Shown here piece by piece: positions 30,521 to 32,000 of a stretch of DNA of 32,000 nucleotides. The notes below the pieces were generated by a model. It was given only the letters and a program-made list of their open reading frames with translations. It did no database searches and was not told where the DNA came from. Origin of the DNA: Kineococcus radiotolerans SRS30216 = ATCC BAA-149 (lineage in GTDB: Bacteria; Actinomycetota; Actinomycetes; Actinomycetales; Kineococcaceae); contig NC_009664.2 in the NCBI RefSeq assembly GCF_000017305.1, positions 2,550,001 through 2,582,000 of the forward strand, read 5' to 3'. Position numbers and translations under genes: made by a program. Position 1 is the stretch's first letter, and every line of letters begins with the position of its first letter.

Positions 30521-32000
30521 TCAGCCGAGCTCCTCGTCCACCCAGCACCAGCGCCACGCCTCGCCGGGTTCGGCGCTGACGATCGCCGGGTGCGCGGTCC
30601 CCGCGAAGTGCGCGCGGGAGTGGCGCAGCTCGGAGGAGTCGCAGCAGCCGGTGTGGCCGCAGGCCAGGCAGGTGCGCAGGTGGACCCAGGTCGCGCCCAC
30701 GGCCACGCACTCGGCGCACTCGGTGGGGGGCCCGCCCCAGCGGGCGGTGGCGTCGTCGCGGGTGCCGGCGGTGCGCAGGTGGGCGCAGCCCCCGTCGCTC
30801 GCGCCGCCGAGGCGGCGGTCGGCCGCCAGCGGTTCGAGGTCGTCGAGGCGGTCCAGCAGCGCCTCCTCGAAGTCGACGTCGGCCAGCGCCCGCTGCAGCA
30901 CCTCCGGTTCGGCGGTGCCGCGGTCGCGGGCCTCCACGACGACGGCGCGCTCGGCGGCGAGCATCTCCAGCCGCAGCCGCGTGTAGACCGCGGAGGGGGT
31001 CGAGACGTCGGCCTCGGGGCGGCCGAGGCGTTCCCAGGCCGCGTGCGAGCGGGACTTCGAGCGCTTCCGCAGCTGCCCCACCACGTGGCGGGGTTCGTCC
31101 CCGGTGAGCAGCTCGTCGAGGCGGCGGAGCCCGGCGGCGGAGGCGGCGTCACCGAGGGCGGCGGCCTGCAGCGCGTCCTGGGCGGGGTCGGGGGCCGGCA
31201 GCCCGACGCGGCGCACCACCCAGGGCAGGCTCAGGCCCTGGACGAGCAGGGTCCCCACGACGACGGCGAAGGCCGCGAGCAGGAGGACGTCGCGGCCGGG
31301 TACGTCCTCGGGGATGAGCTGCGCGGCGGCGAGGGTGACGACGCCGCGCATCCCGGCCCAGGACACCAGCACCGACACCGCGCCCGGCCACGCCTTGCGC
31401 CGCCAGGGCGGGACGGCGGTGAGGATGCCGGCGACGGCGAAGACGAAGGCGAAGCGCGCCGCGACGGTGGCGACGAGGACCCCCGCGCAGACCAGCAGGA
31501 TCCGCCCCCCGCCGAACCCGCTGTCGGCGGCCCCGCGGACCAGCAGCGGGAACTGCAGGCCGATGAGCAGGAACACCGCGTTCTCCAGGAGGAACGCGAC
31601 GGTGCGCCAGTTCAGCGCCTCCGCCACCCGCGACGCGGCCGTCTGCACCTTCGGGGAGACGTGCGCGAGGGCGAGGCCGGCGACGACGACGGAGAGGACC
31701 CCGGAGACGTGCAGCGCCTCGGCGGGCAGGAACGCCAGGTAGGGCGCGACGAAGGAGACGGCGGTGTCCAGGACGGGGTTGCGGATCCGGGTGCGCACCA
31801 GGGCCAGGACGGCCGCGACGACCCCGCCGATGAGGACCGCGCCGACCACGGCGAGGACGAACTCCCCGCCGATGTGCAGCGGGGAGAGCTCCGAGGTGAG
31901 GGCGGAGGTCGCCGCGGCGAGGGCGATGAGGGCGGTGGCGTCGTTGAGGAGGCTCTCCTCCTCCAGCAGCGTCGCCACCCGCCGGGGCAGCCCGAGGCGC
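30521..32000 (-). CDS. CPA1-family Na+/H+ antiporter with a C-terminal UBP-type zinc finger; the N-terminus runs off the right window edge
   Basis: Track ORF 30521..31978. The frame stays open to 32000 (..RLGLPRRVATLLEEESLLNDATAL, a typical exchanger motif). The polytopic region is followed by a cytoplasmic helical region and then CAECVAVGATWVHLRTCLACGHTGCCDSSELRHSRAHFAGTAHPAIVSAEPGEAWRWCWVD, which fits the zf-UBP pattern. Confidence 0.85.
   Translation of the reverse strand, partial: RLGLPRRVATLLEEESLLNDATALIALAAATSALTSELSPLHIGGEFVLAVVGAVLIGGVVAAVLALVRTRIRNPVLDTAVSFVAPYLAFLPAEALHVSGVLSVVVAGLALAHVSPKVQTAASRVAEALNWRTVAFLLENAVFLLIGLQFPLLVRGAADSGFGGGRILLVCAGVLVATVAARFAFVFAVAGILTAVPPWRRKAWPGAVSVLVSWAGMRGVVTLAAAQLIPEDVPGRDVLLLAAFAVVVGTLLVQGLSLPWVVRRVGLPAPDPAQDALQAAALGDAASAAGLRRLDELLTGDEPRHVVGQLRKRSKSRSHAAWERLGRPEADVSTPSAVYTRLRLEMLAAERAVVVEARDRGTAEPEVLQRALADVDFEEALLDRLDDLEPLAADRRLGGASDGGCAHLRTAGTRDDATARWGGPPTECAECVAVGATWVHLRTCLACGHTGCCDSSELRHSRAHFAGTAHPAIVSAEPGEAWRWCWVDEELG

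Noticed and set aside
1-32000. Genomic island, prophage, defence island, rRNA/tRNA genes or CRISPR anywhere in the window.
   Set aside because: No integrase, transposase, tRNA-like sequence, long direct or inverted terminal repeats or large compositional shift was seen. Apart from short intergenic patches (13192-13265 and 20085-20117), the composition is uniformly GC-rich. Gene content is housekeeping or regulatory.

Overview
This is a very GC-rich (well above 70% by eye, strong GC3 bias) actinobacterial chromosomal segment. I call about 30 tightly packed protein genes on both strands. I recognised no rRNA, tRNA, CRISPR array, transposase, integrase or phage gene, so it reads as core or housekeeping DNA rather than a mobile island. 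Most long ORFs in the six-frame track are out-of-frame or antisense GC artefacts with Arg/Pro/Gly-rich translations. Real genes were picked by recognisable domains, GC3 and sensible start contexts.

Content by theme:
- DNA damage and repair: dinB translationally coupled to alkA, a LigB-type ATP-dependent ligase, and an RqlH-type RecQ/ComF-like helicase.
- c-di-GMP signalling: an EAL-DICT-LOV-GGDEF photoreceptor candidate, a PAS-PAS-GGDEF-EAL protein, and a membrane GGDEF protein.
- Regulators: three TetR regulators and a CmtR-like ArsR regulator coupled to a CDF metal exporter.
- Lipid and hydrolase genes: cardiolipin synthase, an HSL-type esterase, two other alpha/beta hydrolases, and a PAF-AH-like lipase.
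- Other: a sirtuin, a GNAT, an RlmC-like rRNA methyltransferase, a PrsW protease, a NYN-domain protein, DUF3817, DUF3626, and a CPA1 Na+/H+ antiporter with a C-terminal UBP-type zinc finger.

I found no convincing self-contained novel multi-gene system. The best leads are:
1. A shared TGTCGG-N10-CAGAnT-N6/7-GTG promoter-like motif in front of dinB and the RecQ-like helicase. It resembles the mycobacterial RecA-independent (PafBC) damage promoter, and a 12-bp tandem repeat carrying the reverse-complemented box lies next to it.
2. A DinB with a UvrD/PcrA-like Tudor C-terminal domain.
3. The unusual EAL-DICT-LOV-GGDEF architecture.
4. The antiporter/zf-UBP fusion.
5. A pervasive leaderless-gene signature.

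All functional calls rest on motif recognition by eye. No database search was run.
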